NCBI GenBank assembly: GCA_002189035.1
Contig: CM007991.1
Location: 4,216,001-4,280,000 of the forward strand
Reading direction: 5' to 3'
DNA length: 64,000 nucleotides
Source: Utricularia gibba
Taxonomy: Eukaryota > Plantae > Magnoliophyta
Part shown: positions 36,351 to 48,999 of the stretch, one piece after another
Position numbering within the stretch: the stretch's first letter is position 1
Layout of the letters: the number at the start of each line of letters is the position of its first letter
Translations under genes and position numbers: made by a program
Notes under the pieces: model-generated
The model's input: only the letters and a program-made list of their open reading frames with translations
Database searches by the model: none
Told to the model about the DNA's origin: nothing

Positions 36351-36618
36351 GTGATCAGTAACTAGGGTTACCACACATGTAAGGCGCGTGTCCTACATTT
36401 GAGCAACAAATATTGAAACTACTTAAAAAAAAAACCCCAACTTCATTTATTCTTCCCAAATTTTTCTTGATTCTCCAAAATCAGCCTTCAACACTTTCCG
36501 ATAGCTTCTTGAAATCTGGTGCGGGGGCTCAACGTGAAATCATTGCCTGTGGGCTACAGTTATCACGATGAAATGCTGTCCTGGCCATTCAACTCCTGCT
36601 TCGACACCATTCGACGGG

Positions 36619-38977
36619 CTATTCGAGCCCCGGCGTCGACTTCGTGTTGCCCTCGCCTCCCCACGTCTTCACCCTCAGCGCAGCCATGACCGCCTAAACC
36701 GATGATCACCGAAGAGGCCGTCAGGTAATATGTGCACCAAAATGCAATGTTCATGGAAAGTTAAAGGGAACGGAATAGGGTGGTTGAACACATGCCTCTT
36801 CCTCCCAGTTCGTCCTACAGACGATCCACACGAGAATCAGGGTTTGTAGAAGCGTCCCGGACACCATACCGTACCATATCCCCTGAGAAAAAAAGGAGTT
36901 CAAGAGTCACTTGAATCTTCGCGATTATGGTAGCCATAAACGAGGGCGTACCTGGATGCCCAAATTGAGAGCGTAGCCCAACACGAGTCCCAGGGGAACG
37001 CCGAACAGGTAGTAGCACGCAATGTTCACGTACGCCACCAAAGCTTGCCATCCGCCACCAATCGCAACTCCTGCACGACAGGTTTCTTATTCATTCGTTC
37101 CCTACAGCAACCACTTTTAGTCTCCCAAAAGCGTACCGGAAATAGCCGGCTGAATGTTGTTAGCTATGACACAGAAAGCCAAAAGCGGAGTGAGGCGATG
37201 CACGACCGCGATCACGTTGTTGTCGTTTGAGAAGATCGAAGGGTAATTGTGAAACACGAGGAGAATCACGGAGACGATGAGGCCGAGGAGAAACGACCAC
37301 GCCACCACCACCGACACGGCGAGCTTCGCCGTCCGTGGATGCCGAGCCCCGAGCTCGTTCGATACCCTCACGCTACATTAACATTCAACACCAGGGGTTG
37401 GTTATCATCCTTAGTCTACGTATTTCCAATCTACCCCCAAAGTTTCCATAAATTAGCTTCGAATGCCTCTAAAATAAAAGAATTACCTTATAGCCGCATT
37501 AAACCCCATTGCCATCGTCATGGTCAGTCCCAGTATGTTGGTGCTGACATAAATAACTAAACATTATATAATAATTTTTATGGATAAAAAAAATTATATA
37601 CAGACATACCATATAGAAAGAGAATCCACTGCCACTTGTGCATCCTTCAAGTAACCCGCGAAGAGGACCAATGCCATGAAGTACCAAATTTCCAAACTGC
37701 CCTCAACAAAGTAAATAAAATCATATAATATATGATAAAAAAGGCTGTCACGCATATGCAACAAGGGGAATTACTAAAAAGCCCTTTTGAAAAGAAGAAG
37801 GCGGCGGTCTTTTCAAATCTGTTTGCGTGGAGTGTGATTGTTGAACAGTGATGGAAAGGAATGGAGATCCCAGACGACGGAGAAGAGCACCCGTACCAGA
37901 TCATGACGGCGGAGGCAACGGACAGGCTGACGAAACCTCGAAGATTCTGGAAGGCCTTCCAGGAGAATCCGTTCCAAGATCTGCTGCAACTGCCGGAGAA
38001 TATGTACAGCAACTGTCCCACGACGATGAACCACCACGAAAAGTTCAGCACCGCCGCGGCCCCGGCCATCCCAAACTGGAGCCTCACCGTCAATAACCAG
38101 GTGAGTAGTACGTGAATCACAAGCCCCACGGTCGAAATAGACGCCATCACCATCACCTTGCTCTGGGACTGAAGAAACTTGGCGATCGGAAAATTGAGGG
38201 CGTAGGCGAAAAGCTGAGGAATCATCCAGAGGGCGTAAGTGCCGGCGGCGCGTGATATCTCCGCATCCTGCCGAATGAGCAGCAAAAAAGGCGTGGCGAA
38301 GATGTATAGAAACATCAGCGCGAAGGCCGTGATCAGGAGAATGATCCATGACCTCTGCATATAAACTCCAAGCATCTCCACGTCGCCGGCGCCGTAGGCT
38401 TGCCCGCAGAGTGTCTCCAACGCGCTTCCCATCCCCATCTGACAGTCAAAACCAAGCATGCTAATTATCACCGCAACTACTTCTAAATATTTTACTGATA
38501 ATGAGTTACGACATAAGTGAAAAACAACTCCTGCAGCCTGATTCGTACACAAAAAATTCATTGCAATAATTTGGAGCTAACATTGCAATAAATGAACCTT
38601 TGGGTTGTTAGATGCCAATAGTTGCTGTAAAAAACAATTTTATTGATGTACAAAAATGATGCAGCTTTTGATGCATGTATACATACCATGACGCCGTAGG
38701 AAAGGCCGGCGATGATGGAGTTCTCGACGGAGAAGGCGGCGAGTTCAAGGGTTCCGACGTGGCCAGCGAAGGTCTGGGTGATAGCGCCGAGGGAGTACTG
38801 GGAGATGGATGTCAAAATGGCGGGAGCGGCCAAGTACCATAGTTTCCTACCCTCTTTGTTGAAAGCTTCAACAAGATGCTTCAGTCCGGTGACCGGAGGG
38901 GCATCGCCGACGAAAGACTCGTCGGAAAACTGATGTTGACGGTGCTGAAGAAGAGGTTCCCGGCGAGGGTCTCCCAT
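36619..38977 (-). CDS. MATE/DETOXIFICATION transporter (DTX29-31-like), copy 1, 8 exons
   Basis: Exons are 38977-38687, 38438-37897, 37696-37610, 37543-37487, 37372-37137, 37070-36952, 36882-36796 and 36693-36619. Motifs include KLWYLAAPAI, FAGHVGTLELAA, GMGSALETLCGQAYGA, CLEIWY, SVRVSNELGA, GVAIGGGWQ..VAYVNIACYY and GIWYGM. The last intron (36795-36694) is GC-AG. Confidence 0.93.
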
Positions 38978-41298
38978 CGAATCGAATCTCGAGCCGAATT
39001 TATGATACTTGAGTACAGAATAAGCGGAGACGCATTTATAAAGAAGCAGCTCGTGAAGGGCTGCAGCTTTTGATTAGGGGCAGGAATCAATAAGAAATCA
39101 CATGCCCCTGTCGCCTACCGCGTTAATTTGAAAATTGACGCAAAGTGAATATAAATATTAATTAAAAAACCATAAATGATATAAATGATATATATACGGG
39201 AGGATTTCAATAATAATAAATGATTTTACATGTTAATTTTATTATCATTGTTAAGTAAATTTATTTTCTGTTAAATATTTCAAAAAAGATTGGACGTGTA
39301 TTTAAATTACAATTTTACTCTTTAATTTTAAATATATTATAATAAATGTATGGTTGATTTGTGATCATACAACTAATATTCAGACACAGTTTTCCTGTTA
39401 ATGTCATTTATCCTTTACTTTTTTATTTTTAATTAAAAAATTCATCCTAAACAATATACATAAAAATATTAAAGTTAAATTTTGTTTTTAGGCTCAACAA
39501 TTTTTTTTTGAAAAAAAGTATTATTAAATGTAATTATACCTGACAAATTTAAAACCGTAATAATGAAGTTCCTTAGTATAGTTAGCATTTAAATTGATTG
39601 AAAATTCCCTATGATTTTGATTCTATTTCTATATTTTTTATGTTTTTTTGAAATAAATAATTTTCTTAAATTATATTTTACAAATTTATATATAGGATAC
39701 TTGTGTAATATTAAGTTGTACTAACATTATGTATAATAGAATCATTTTTAAAATGATATAAATATAAATTATTTGAAATTGTAAAACTGTTTTATAAGAT
39801 AACATAAAATTATATTATAAAATTTAATATTGTAAAGTTTAATATATTAAATTATTGTATAATTTAATGTGATGACATAAATATATTTTTGTATAATAAA
39901 TAAAATAAAATACAATAAATATAATTTTTCCTATTAATATATTATTTAATCATTGAAACAAATATTTAAGAAATTCAATAATTTCTGAAATTAATAATAG
40001 AATTTTAATTTGTGATTTTACTATAGAACATTTAAAGATTAAAATTATGAGTAAAATTTTTGAATTAAGTAAAGAAAGAATAAAAAACACATGTAATCTT
40101 AAATTTATTTAAAATTATAAAGTAATGAGGATATAATTTTTAATTCTTATATTAAATTCTAATAATCATGTCAAGGGAACATATTTAATCAAGTTGGGGT
40201 AGGCGGCGACAACAGCGGATGTGGTTTACATTTTTTTTCATTAAATTAATATTTGGAAATATTCCTTTTGAAAATGATACCACCATGCACTAAAATGTTT
40301 TCATATATAATATGTATATATATATATTCCAAAAAAGAGAGTGTGGTCCCAGTATGAAGTGCATGACATGGAGAGGCACTTGCGCCCCCCGGGGGATGAT
40401 CGCAGGACGCAAATTGCGGGCTCCGCTCGCTGGATCGAAGGGTCAATTTTATGACGATTTTGAATCATTCAATGAGTGACGCGGTGTCCACGTCGACCAA
40501 CTAAAGGCTCCCGCCGGAAAACGAGAGTACATGCGGAAGTCAACTTCTGTGCATTCATCTCTCTCAAAATGATGTGATCTCTTTTGTCCTCTTGATTCCA
40601 ACTAATTTTTAATTTGGTTTTTTTCGTTAAAAAAAGTTTATAATAGACAAATATTTTTATTGTGATCGATCAAACAAACGGTTTATTCACACGAAGCAAT
40701 CAATTTGATTTTAGATCGTGATTCATCAATATAAAAAAAATATGAAATATACAATTTGATGGTCTGAAAAAACGTGAAAATTAAAGATACTGCTAAAGCA
40801 TGATTTTCACTAAGAATAAATTGAGCTTTGTTATACTAGTAAAGACAATTCAAATTTGATGGCGAGAAGAGTTGCAATGGATTTGATGGATAAGAGAAGC
40901 AAATAAAAATGATGATGGGTGCCCCTTTGGGTAGCTTGCACCTAGTTAAAACGGTGAGTGTGGACTCAATAGGAGTGATCATAAGATAAGTACATTGATG
41001 TAATGAGGAGGATTCTCTAGTCAAGGTCCAGCTTATTTAATGCTGCATTTTGGGAGCACTTATAAAGATTACCAAAAGTTTCCATCGTTACGGTTAGCGT
41101 GATTCCTATTTTTTTTTTTTTTTTGGATTTGCCATGATAGTTTTCTTGTAAGTCGTTGTCGGAGTACATAAATATCTTCCTTTCATGTGAAGTGGATAAA
41201 TATCTTCCTTTTGCAACTTATCTTATGTTGAGTTTTGTTGGTCTTATCAGTTAGGAAGAATCTAACATGCGGGGCTAATTTTATATTTCAATCTAACC

Positions 41299-42590
41299 TG
41301 ATGTGTTAATTGCCAATTTATACATAATTATTATATATTATTTCATGTTAAATTAGGATCAAATTATCCAAATTAATAGTTATATTAATATGTATTTGAT
41401 TTTATTAGCAAATGTCAATTATTGTTACCTGTATATATTTTTTTTATCTTTTTTTCTTGTATTTTTACCCAAAGTGATAAGAAGTATTGTAGAAGATTTG
41501 CAAGAGACCAAACACTGACATTTCGTGACTTGCATGTAACTTGAAGCAATTGTAGTGGAAAACTGACACTAGTCAGGGCTCATGATTTACGACATATCAA
41601 AATCTGCAATAATGATTAAATGCTTAATTGCACAAATAGGAAATCTAATGGCGGAATGAGAGTAGAGGAAGTTAATATATGTAGGAGTGAATTAAAGAAA
41701 ATTGGCAACACTTTAAATTGAACTTTTTCTCTCACTTTTAGACTAGTTTTGACACTTGAACTTGTTCTTCTTCTCCACCATACGGAAGAAGAACATTTTA
41801 GTTTTACATTTTAGTTTTTTGTTTTCATGGTTATTCATGGCTAAACATTTTTTATGTTTGAAAATAAATGAAGTTTCATTCCATGTCTTGAGCATCAATC
41901 TTAGTTCTTTGCTGAATTTTTTTCGGATTTCATATATTTCCACACGTCATATTGCAGTCTTTGTGTAATTTACGTCTCTTAGTCATGATCCATGAGTAGC
42001 AATCCACTCCTTATAGATTTTGATGAAGAGGAAGGTGAAAAACATCATCTCCAATCTTATTGATTTGAGGGAGATAGTGAATTATCTATGATCGAGATAT
42101 CATGATAATAGATGGGTAGTGATCTCTTACCCATCATTGGTCATTGGCAACAGTTGGACACACACGCAGAATTCGATTTTTGATGGCAATTGACAACAAT
42201 TCTCTTATACTGTCAATCATCTAAGGGAAAATAACATGAGGTTATATTGTGCTTCTTTGTCAATCAGAGTGTAAGGGAAAGTAAACTATTCTTTGCTTCT
42301 ATAACCAATCATTCAGAAGAAACTTATGAAAGCCGAGGCAAGAATAAACAAAGGAGAAAATAGAATCTCTTTACTAGAAATTATTTTTCTTAATCAATGT
42401 TCATTAATTGCGTTGTATATTTTATTAGTGTATTTCAAAAACTCTATTTACAAACTTATGATAATTTATAAAAGTTTAGTACGAAACATTTTTTTAAAAT
42501 TCAAATCCCTAAGATTGACACTCATACTATACTTTATTTGAGCTTTACATTTTTCATATTTAATATTAATTGAGTAAACAACACGCAACA
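41299..42590 (+). mobile_element. Solo-LTR-like repeat A (probably Gypsy); homologous to 61086-62405
   Basis: Starts TGAT and ends ACACGCAACA, like copy B. The two are collinear along their length, with an exact shared 25-mer TACCCATCATTGGTCATTGGCAACA (42128-42152 = 61941-61965). No coding capacity and no clear TSD. Confidence 0.62.
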
Positions 42591-43744
42591 TGATGCAAAT
42601 TGAAATTATATATACTAAAATATAAAAAAGTATACTTAAAATACTTATATTCTAAATTTTTTTTACATTTTGTATATTTATGAAATGTTCAATGATATAA
42701 TCATAATTATATTTTTTTAATAATTTCACTTTTAACATAATTTAATAAGCTATTTGTTGTAAAATCATATTCTAGATAATCTTGTCTTAAGAATTGTAAA
42801 AATTGAAAATGCATGTTCAATAGTAACTATATAAATAGGAAGAGTTATAAACAAGTGTACAAGTCTATCGACTAAATAGTAAGTCATCTGTCTACCACTT
42901 TAGTTATATACACTCACAAAATGTAGTTAATGAACTTAACTTACTTATTTATGCATCATGAGGTATGTCTACAATAAAACATTTTAACTCTATTTTAAAT
43001 TCAAACAATTTTTGAAAATCAGGGTGTCATATTTCAATTGGATGAAACGATTTAAAGTAATTCTTGAAAATCAATATATCATATGACTTAATAGATCCAT
43101 AAGCTTTTTATTGAATATAAGATTCAATTCATGCAAGTGGATATTATTCATAATTAAAAAGATATAAACTTGATTATAACTTTCATCTGTAAATGATTTT
43201 ATTGATAGTGTGCATGTACTCCATGTAAAATATAAATATCATCTATTTTTCGAATATCAATGTCATATTTTTTTTAAAAACACTATCCTATTTGAAAAAT
43301 GGCCCTCCTATCAACCAATTTTGAGAAATGACCATTTTTATCATTTAGCTTTAAAATAAATTATTAATATATGAAATACAATGAAATGTCAATATATTTC
43401 ACATTTTTTAATCAGTATATTTTTATATTCATAGAGATTATTTTATTAATATTTTCAAACTAATGATAAATCCAATATTATTTGTTTAAACTATAGAATA
43501 TTGAAAAAATATAATAAAATAGATATGTTGTGTTATTTAATTTAAGTCATACAATCTGAATATTGATAAATGTTCTGTAATTATGCACAATATGTTCTCA
43601 AATTAAATCAGTATAAAAAACATATATACCAAATTTCTTTCAATTTTTTACCCAAAAAAAGTTTGCTTAGCATTGCATAAACTAACATACAATAGTTTTT
43701 AAATTTTTTTTTTCAAAAATAAATATCCATATTTGGATGCTATG

Positions 43745-46700
43745 TGAGATAACAAACAATGCCATGATATCCCACATGGGAATTTCATCCAATAATGAGC
43801 AATGTCTAGAGAGCATTCAAAATACTATGGACACATGGTGAGCACAGATTCAACTTCGTGGGTTGCTGGTCGAACTCACCAGCTCAGATTACAAAATATT
43901 GACTTGGTGAGTATGAGTTCACAAGTCATGGGTTGGGCCGACAACAATGTAAATTTGCCACCTTGTGTTTCGCCTCACCCATGACCTCGAAATTTCACTC
44001 ATCTTGGAGATGTTGTGGTAAAAAGATCAAGGGGAGAAAATGGTCATTTTATGGGACATCGGAGAAGTGATTTTTTTTGAGTTTCCTAATCATCATTACT
44101 ATTGTCACTAGAAATGATGTGGATATCGGAGAAGTTGAGACTATAGTTTATAATACTCGATAGCTTCTTTCTATGGAACAAAGAGTATGGTGAAAACATT
44201 GATAGCAAGTTACCACTTCGGATTGAACTGATGCGGTTCTCGATTTGCATGGAACATTCCTAATGTGGGTTAAAGTTGCCATTGCCCCTTTTTTTTTGGT
44301 TGAGTTATTGAGTTGCTTGGAGGTTCCATTGTCTCATGTAACTTCATGCTCAATTCCATTATCTCACTTGACTAGTATATACATGAAGAATTGGAGAACT
44401 AACTACTTTTCATTGAAAGAAAAGTAGGGTATAACACTTGTAGAAGATGTATAGTGCATATGATGATTGGTGAATCAGCTTTGTGTGGATGCTCTCTTCA
44501 ATGATGGAGTGAGTTGGATCTTGACAACCTCACTCACAGAGGATATCGATTATGTTTTATAGATTCAATCAAACAAAATATATAGAAACATTTTTCTTTC
44601 CACCCTTACTCTCTCTTTGAAATCTATGTAAGCTACACAAATTCAAATATGATATGGAAATCAATGATGGAGAAGTATACTGCTGAAGATGAGGTAAAAC
44701 AAAGGTTTGCTTATTCCATATTCTATCTTTGGAAAATGGTAGAAGATAAGGATGTTCATCAACAAGTGAATGAGTATCTTCAGCTTTTGGAGGGATTGAG
44801 CACTGAAAACATCAAATTATGTGAGGAGTTTTTGGTCGAAATACTCATTAAAAAACTACCTCCATCATGGAATGACAACAAGTTGCAACTCAAATATAAG
44901 AACAAGAGGATTGATCTCTCTGAGGTAATGAAGCACATTATTATTGACAATAAGCATATAAATGAAATATAAATCTTGGGGAAAGAGCTTGAAACTAAAG
45001 CAAAACTTGTAGAAGATAAAGGTAAAAATTTTGAATTCATCAAGATCACTTGACATGAAATCTTCCAACTTCAAGAAGAACAAGAGCCATTGCATTGTTT
45101 GTGGAAAACTGGGGGATTATGTTGCTTGGTGTTGGATGAGGGCAACTCTTGTCACACCTCGTATTTAGGGCCTATGAGATATAAGACGAGACAACTAAGT
45201 TCTAATGTGAGTTTATCACTAGAATTTAAGATTCTCATTAGCTTAAATGTGAGTTTCTTACTATCAAAGCATATTTACACATCTACACACTCTCTTAAGG
45301 TTGATCACATGACCTCTAATCCTCCTTCCCCTCTCCTGGAATTGGACAGAAATGGAGATGTCGCATTATTAGATTAAAAACAAGTAGCTAGTAAGTAAAT
45401 ACAAGAAGAATGATAAAATATATTTTAAATCCACAAATAAGCACATTGAGAATTCTTTAGCCTATCTTCTCTCATTTATTACAATCCTTGGGTTTTGACT
45501 TGACCATTGGACTTCAACAAATGAATGTCTTTGCTCATGAAACTAGACCAAGAGCACTATCTACTTGCTGCAATTCCACAAACTTCAGCCTTAAACTGGT
45601 AATGCATGCGTTGTTATTAATAATGATGTTGGTCTTTTCTTGACATATAAAGTGCCACAAATATATTTGTTACTGTATTAGCGTTGCGTCCCATGGAGAA
45701 GCCATGTTGCTAGGGGTTTGCGTTCACAACCCCATGCATTTTCTAACCATATCACATAGACAACCAAGTTTTGGGATACTTGAAAAACATTGCACGAATC
45801 CTTCTATTTGTCCTTGATACCAAGGAAACCTATCTCATTTGAATGCTAATAAAGGTGGCTCTCATAAGCAAAAGGATGCAAAGTTATAACAACTCTATGC
45901 GTAAAGATATGAACCTTGTTTTGAAACTCAAAATAGCTTGCAAAGGTTTAAAAACTAATATGAAACATGTACAATAACAAGTTCATAAAATGCTCATCTA
46001 TTAGAGTTTTCAATAGATCTTAAAAATTATAAAAAGTAGACTCAAGAAACTAGCATCTTCATGATACCAGAAAGAGAAACACAAAGTATTTAACATAATA
46101 ATAGGATATATAATAGTACCAGTATTTCTGTCCAAATACTCCTCTTGTGAGTAGTTTTGAGATACTCAATAATGTACATCCCACTTACCTAAATCTTTAT
46201 CTTTCACTAGTCCTTCTCTATACTTTAGTGCTCTCTAATGCATTATGTAACTTTTGGTGCACTTGCTTTCCCTTCTACCCCTTATGCCTATTTCAAAACC
46301 TAAAAAGTGATATATATATATATATATATTATTTGTAGGAGTTTGGAATACTTGGACACTTGCCATTGGTTCTATCAATTCTTTTCCCCTTCCTTCCCCT
46401 CTTGCAAAAGATCCAAGTGATGTTGATGATGGTGACAAACTATAACCTTGCCTGCCTTATTCAATTAGGAAATTTAGAGTAAATAATGAAACACATTTTT
46501 TTTTTACTAACTCTTCACAACTCTTGAGTACAAGAAAAAAACCTTATGCTAATAATAAGACAATCTTTGTTATCAGAGACAATGAGATCATTGCTACCAT
46601 GATTTCTGAAATAAAGCATGTTGTCTCAATACAAAGGGATGTGTGGTTTGTATACTTTGGGGCTACAAACCACATGTTCTTCAATTAAGAAGCATTCAAT

Positions 46701-48900
46701 GACTATGAGTTCATTAATGGGAGAAAACTTTTATTGAGAGATTTGCACACAAATGTTGTGATTGATAAAGAAAAAGTGAATCATTGATTCACCTGTGGGA
46801 AAATTATTTCTTTGAAGGATGTTCTTCATGTTCTAATCATAAGATCTAATTTAGTGTCAGCTTCCATACTAAATGATGCTGGAGTAAATGTGAGTTTGGG
46901 GAGTTTGAAACTTATTCTCACTAAAAATAATATATTTATCTAAAAGGGATACAAAGCCAATGGTCTCTATGTATTGAATGTTGATTCAATGAATGAAGCA
47001 TCATCTAATTATCCACTGGAGTGCTTTAATCTTTAGCATTAGCGATCAAGCCATGTAAATCAAACATATATGAAGACGATGATTAAAATGTGAATAGTCA
47101 AAATAAGACTGAAAACATGAATAAATGCAAAATTTGTGTAAAATCCAAATCAACAAGCAAACATGTCATAAGGTTGAAAGGAAAGCTCAACCTCTTGAGC
47201 TAATTGATACCGATATTGGTGATATGAAATCCTGTAGAAAAAGATGAGGTAATAAATATTATATTATCTTTATTGATGATTATTTCAGATTTTTTAACCT
47301 TTTCATCCTTAAATCTAAGAGTGAGGCTCATGAGGCACATGAAAAATTCATCATTTATAAAATAGAAGTGGAAAACCGATTGGGCAAGACAATAAAATGC
47401 TTGAAAATAGATTGAAGGCATGAATACATTACCCTAAATGATTTTTGTCATAATCAAGGAAGTATTCATGAAACAACTTCACCTTGCTCGCATGAGTCTA
47501 ATGGCATAGCTGAAAGTGAAATCGAGCTCTCAAAGAAATGATGAATGTCATTATGATCACACTAAATGCTCATTAGAACTTGTTGGGAGAGGCTATCTTC
47601 AAATATGAGAAGTGAAAACATTTCATATGAAATGTGGAAAGGGTATACATCCAATATTAAATATCTAAAAGTGTGGAGATGTTTAGAAAAAGTCTTGTTA
47701 ACGGGATCAAAGAAGAGGAAAATTGGGTCCTAAACATGTGATTGCATGTTCATTGGATGAGCAAAAATTCTGCTGCTTATCGTTTTCTGGCATTAAAAAG
47801 TAATGGAGTGGCCATAAATACTCTTCTTGTGTCAAATAATGGTGAATTTTTTTTAACAAAATTTCATTTCAAATTAGAGATGGAAATTAATAATGAGAAT
47901 CCTCGTGAACCTTATCATTCGAATGAAATGGCAAGAAGTTGAAGAATTCCAATTAATTTTGGGGTGATTATTATATGTATTTGTTGAATGATGAGCAATC
48001 TTGAAGCAATCTTGTCACATGACTCTTATAAATGGAAAATAAGTATTAAATCAAAGTTAGACAAGATTATAAGAAACAACACTTGAGATCTTTTAGGTTT
48101 ACCAAGTGAATCAAAGCCAATAAATAGTATCAATTCGAGTGTTTATAGCTCCACATAAATTAAGAATTCATCAAATGGATGTCAAAATAACCTTTCTAAA
48201 TGAAGATTTAGAAGAGGGAATTTATATGTGGCAGAGTGTTGATTATATTATATAGGGAGATGAAAGCAAATGTATGTAGATGGAAAAAATCTTTATATGA
48301 CTTAAAACAAGCACTAAAACAATGACATGAAAAGATGGATTTAACACTAATTAATAAAGGATTCATCAATTCCATAATAGATAGATATATTTGTCTCAAG
48401 AAGGAAAACAACCATAATGTAATAATAACATTATACATAGATGACATGTTAATTTTGGGTACTTGTCAGGGTGTTATATGTATAAGGAAGAAGTTTCTAT
48501 TAAGTAAATTTGATATGAAAGACTTGGGTGAATGTTGGAATACTCTATAGGGGTTATCGAGTAATCTTAGAGTGCTTCACTGATGCAAATTGAAACTCTA
48601 GTTCGAATGATACAAAATGTATAAGTGGTAAGTGTTTAAATTGGGAGGGGAAGGCGTAGCTTGGAGGTCAACCAAGCAAGCCCTAGTAGCTCGTTCAAAA
48701 ATGGAGTATGAGTTCAATGCTTTAGAACTTACATGTGTAGAAACTAATTGGGTCACAAATCTTTTAACTTGAAACATAATATAAAAAATGGAGTGGTTTT
48801 CATTGATTTTGTGAGATTAGATGTAAACTTGGCCGATCCTCTAAAAAAGTCATTAGGGAGGAAACTAATGGGGAAAAAAATCAAGGGATACGGGTTTATT
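43745..48900 (+). mobile_element. Heavily decayed Ty1/Copia element
   Basis: Gag reads IWKSMMEKYTAED...LIKKLPPSWND. The zinc knuckle reads CIVCGKLGDYVAWC at about 45090-45135 and the protease region WFVYFGATNHM at about 46640. Integrase lies at about 47150-47760, RT at about 48000-48540 (YIDDMLILG...FDMKDLG) and RNase H at about 48640-48860 (VNLADPLKK). The left boundary is guessed from an LTR-like ATCCCACATGGG start. Confidence 0.82.
45150..46437. mobile_element. Nested insertion with TGTCAC...GTGACA termini (Tekay/Del-type solo-LTR-like) inside the Copia gag
   Basis: TGTCACACC at 45150 and GGTGACA ending at 46437. Flanks are AACTCT and AACTAT (one mismatch). Copia coding motifs stop before it and resume after it. 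It contains a (TA)n tract at 46311-46329. Confidence 0.5.
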
Positions 48901-48999
48901 ACCATTAGCCCATTAGTGTATATTGATGGGTATGAAATCGATAGATGCCATGTGAAGGTGATTATAGGAAATATGTATAAATCAGTCGAAGAGTAGGAT

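Noticed and set aside
36563-36754. 63-aa ORF as the MATE1 terminal exon
   Set aside because: It is the wrong frame. The conserved tail (AVMAALRVKTWGG) lies in another frame, reached through the TAG acceptor at 36694.
41107-41125. Poly(T) tract as a retrocopy or LINE tail
   Set aside because: No adjacent processed-gene or LINE sequence and no TSD are visible.
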